Source: Monocercomonoides exilis PA203
Taxonomy: Eukaryota > Protista > Preaxostyla
Direction of reading: 5' to 3'
NCBI GenBank assembly: GCA_001643675.2
Contig: LSRY02000023.1
Location: forward strand, 1,054,001 to 1,118,000
DNA: 64,000 nt
In this document: piece by piece, positions 62,910 to 64,000 of the stretch
How positions within the stretch are numbered: position 1 is the stretch's first letter
Layout: each line of letters opens with the position of its first letter
Notes under the pieces: model-generated
What the model was told of the DNA's origin: nothing
Database searches by the model: none
The model's input: only the letters and a program-made list of their open reading frames with translations
Program-made: the position numbers and the translations under genes

Positions 62910-64000
62910 TTTTGAAGAATTGTTTTCTGAACTTGAAGATTGCGATGAGGACGAGTAAAAACTGAAAATCGAAGAAATGAACGAAATTGTGGAATATATG
63001 GACAGAGAAGAATTTAAATCCATTTTCACAACAGAACTGTTCAATAAGATGGACAAAATGATTGAAGAAGAGAAAATTACAATGGAAAATGCAATAGGGT
63101 TACTGAAGCACTTGGGATATTACGAAGTTCTTTTGAGCTTGTGGAATTCTGCCTTTCATAGTTCATTGTTATGTGAAAGATTTGAGAAAATGATTGTTGA
63201 TGAAGATGAGAAAAATGAAGAAAAGAACGAAAACCTTTTAATTGATAGTTGTGAATGCTATCTTTTGCTTGGTAATTCTTTTTCATTTGAAACGCTTTCG
63301 ATTTGCGTGCCTTGTCTTCTAAAAGCGGCTTTGAAGAAAAAGGAAGATGAAGAAACAAAAACAGAAGTGGAAATGGCTTTATTGGGTTTTAGTTGCATTA
63401 GGAAATATTATGTGTAAGCTCTTCTATTTTATTTTTGATTGTTGAATTAGCAATTGTTTTTAAATTAGCACATCGAAAAAGAACTTTATTTAAATGAAAT
63501 CAAAGAGATAATCCAATATCATCAAGAGCACCGCAACCTCACTCAGCTTGCCTAACAGTCTGCTTGGCAGTTTTTGATGAAAAGATTATTTTTTGATGAG
63601 AATTTGGAAGAAGTCATTGCAAATGAACTGCATTTCGGAAGAGAAGCAAGAAGAGAAGTGAAAGAGCTGACCAGATGTGTGGGATGGAAGAGGAAAGAAG
63701 AAGAGAATGAAACGAGAAGAAAAGAAACGAAAGAAGAGGTTTGTTGAGATGGCTGCGAATATTGAATTTTTCTTTTCGCAGTTTTCGATGCAAATCATGG
63801 AAAGAAGAATTTGTGGCACTTTTGAGCAGCCTTGGTGATACATTTCGAGCTGCAAAGGATAATAATGGAGAAATCAGCGGGATGTGCATGAAGATATTTT
63901 TGGTAGCAGCAAATAGCAATTTGACAGAAATTGATGAGTTTGTGAAAAGTGGAGCAGTTGATCTCATTTTGGAGGAGATTGAACGATCGACAATGGATGA
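62910..64000 (+). pseudogene. Another 'AYQSAW' family copy, interrupted and truncated by the window edge
   Basis: ORF 62977-63417 aligns with the 46.9-47.4 kb ORFs (IDxCECYLLL, VPCLLKxA, EVExALL). YHQEHRNLTQLA*QSAWQFL has an in-frame stop. Confidence 0.8.

Noticed and set aside
1-64000. CRISPR arrays, rRNA, retroelement (RT/integrase) or viral genes
   Set aside because: No repeat-spacer structure or diagnostic motifs seen. All tandem repeats are simple microsatellites.

Overview
AT-rich eukaryotic (protist) DNA with short GT-AG introns (35-100 nt) and the standard genetic code. The gene families and Ser-rich style resemble the oxymonad Monocercomonoides; this is inferred from recall, not from a database result. 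1-24 kb holds three long minus-strand genes inflated by poly-Ser tracts: a SAC9-type phosphoinositide phosphatase running off the left edge, a three-RRM hnRNP-Q/R-like protein with 5 exons, and a 1879-aa low-complexity protein. 24-46 kb is a dense nest of DNA transposons whose ends and target-site duplications (TSDs) can be read directly. The largest is a ~9-kb hAT element (8-bp TSD AAACAAAC) carrying its own decayed transposase, an intron-containing NPHP4-like host gene fragment, a nested Merlin element and a nested pogo-type MITE. The nest also has a pogo transposase relic, two related MITEs with AWWT TSDs, a PHIS/DDE_Tnp_4 element sitting in a (TTTTA)n microsatellite, and an adjacent 3.4-kb cargo-carrying non-autonomous element with the same AG..CT ends and ANT TSD. 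The right part contains a 2582-aa beta-helix receptor pseudokinase and several decayed multicopy-family and host-gene fragments. Best novelty candidates: Pack-type gene capture by hAT and PHIS elements, the microsatellite-embedded PHIS element, and a structured ~105-nt candidate ncRNA at 11.5 kb.
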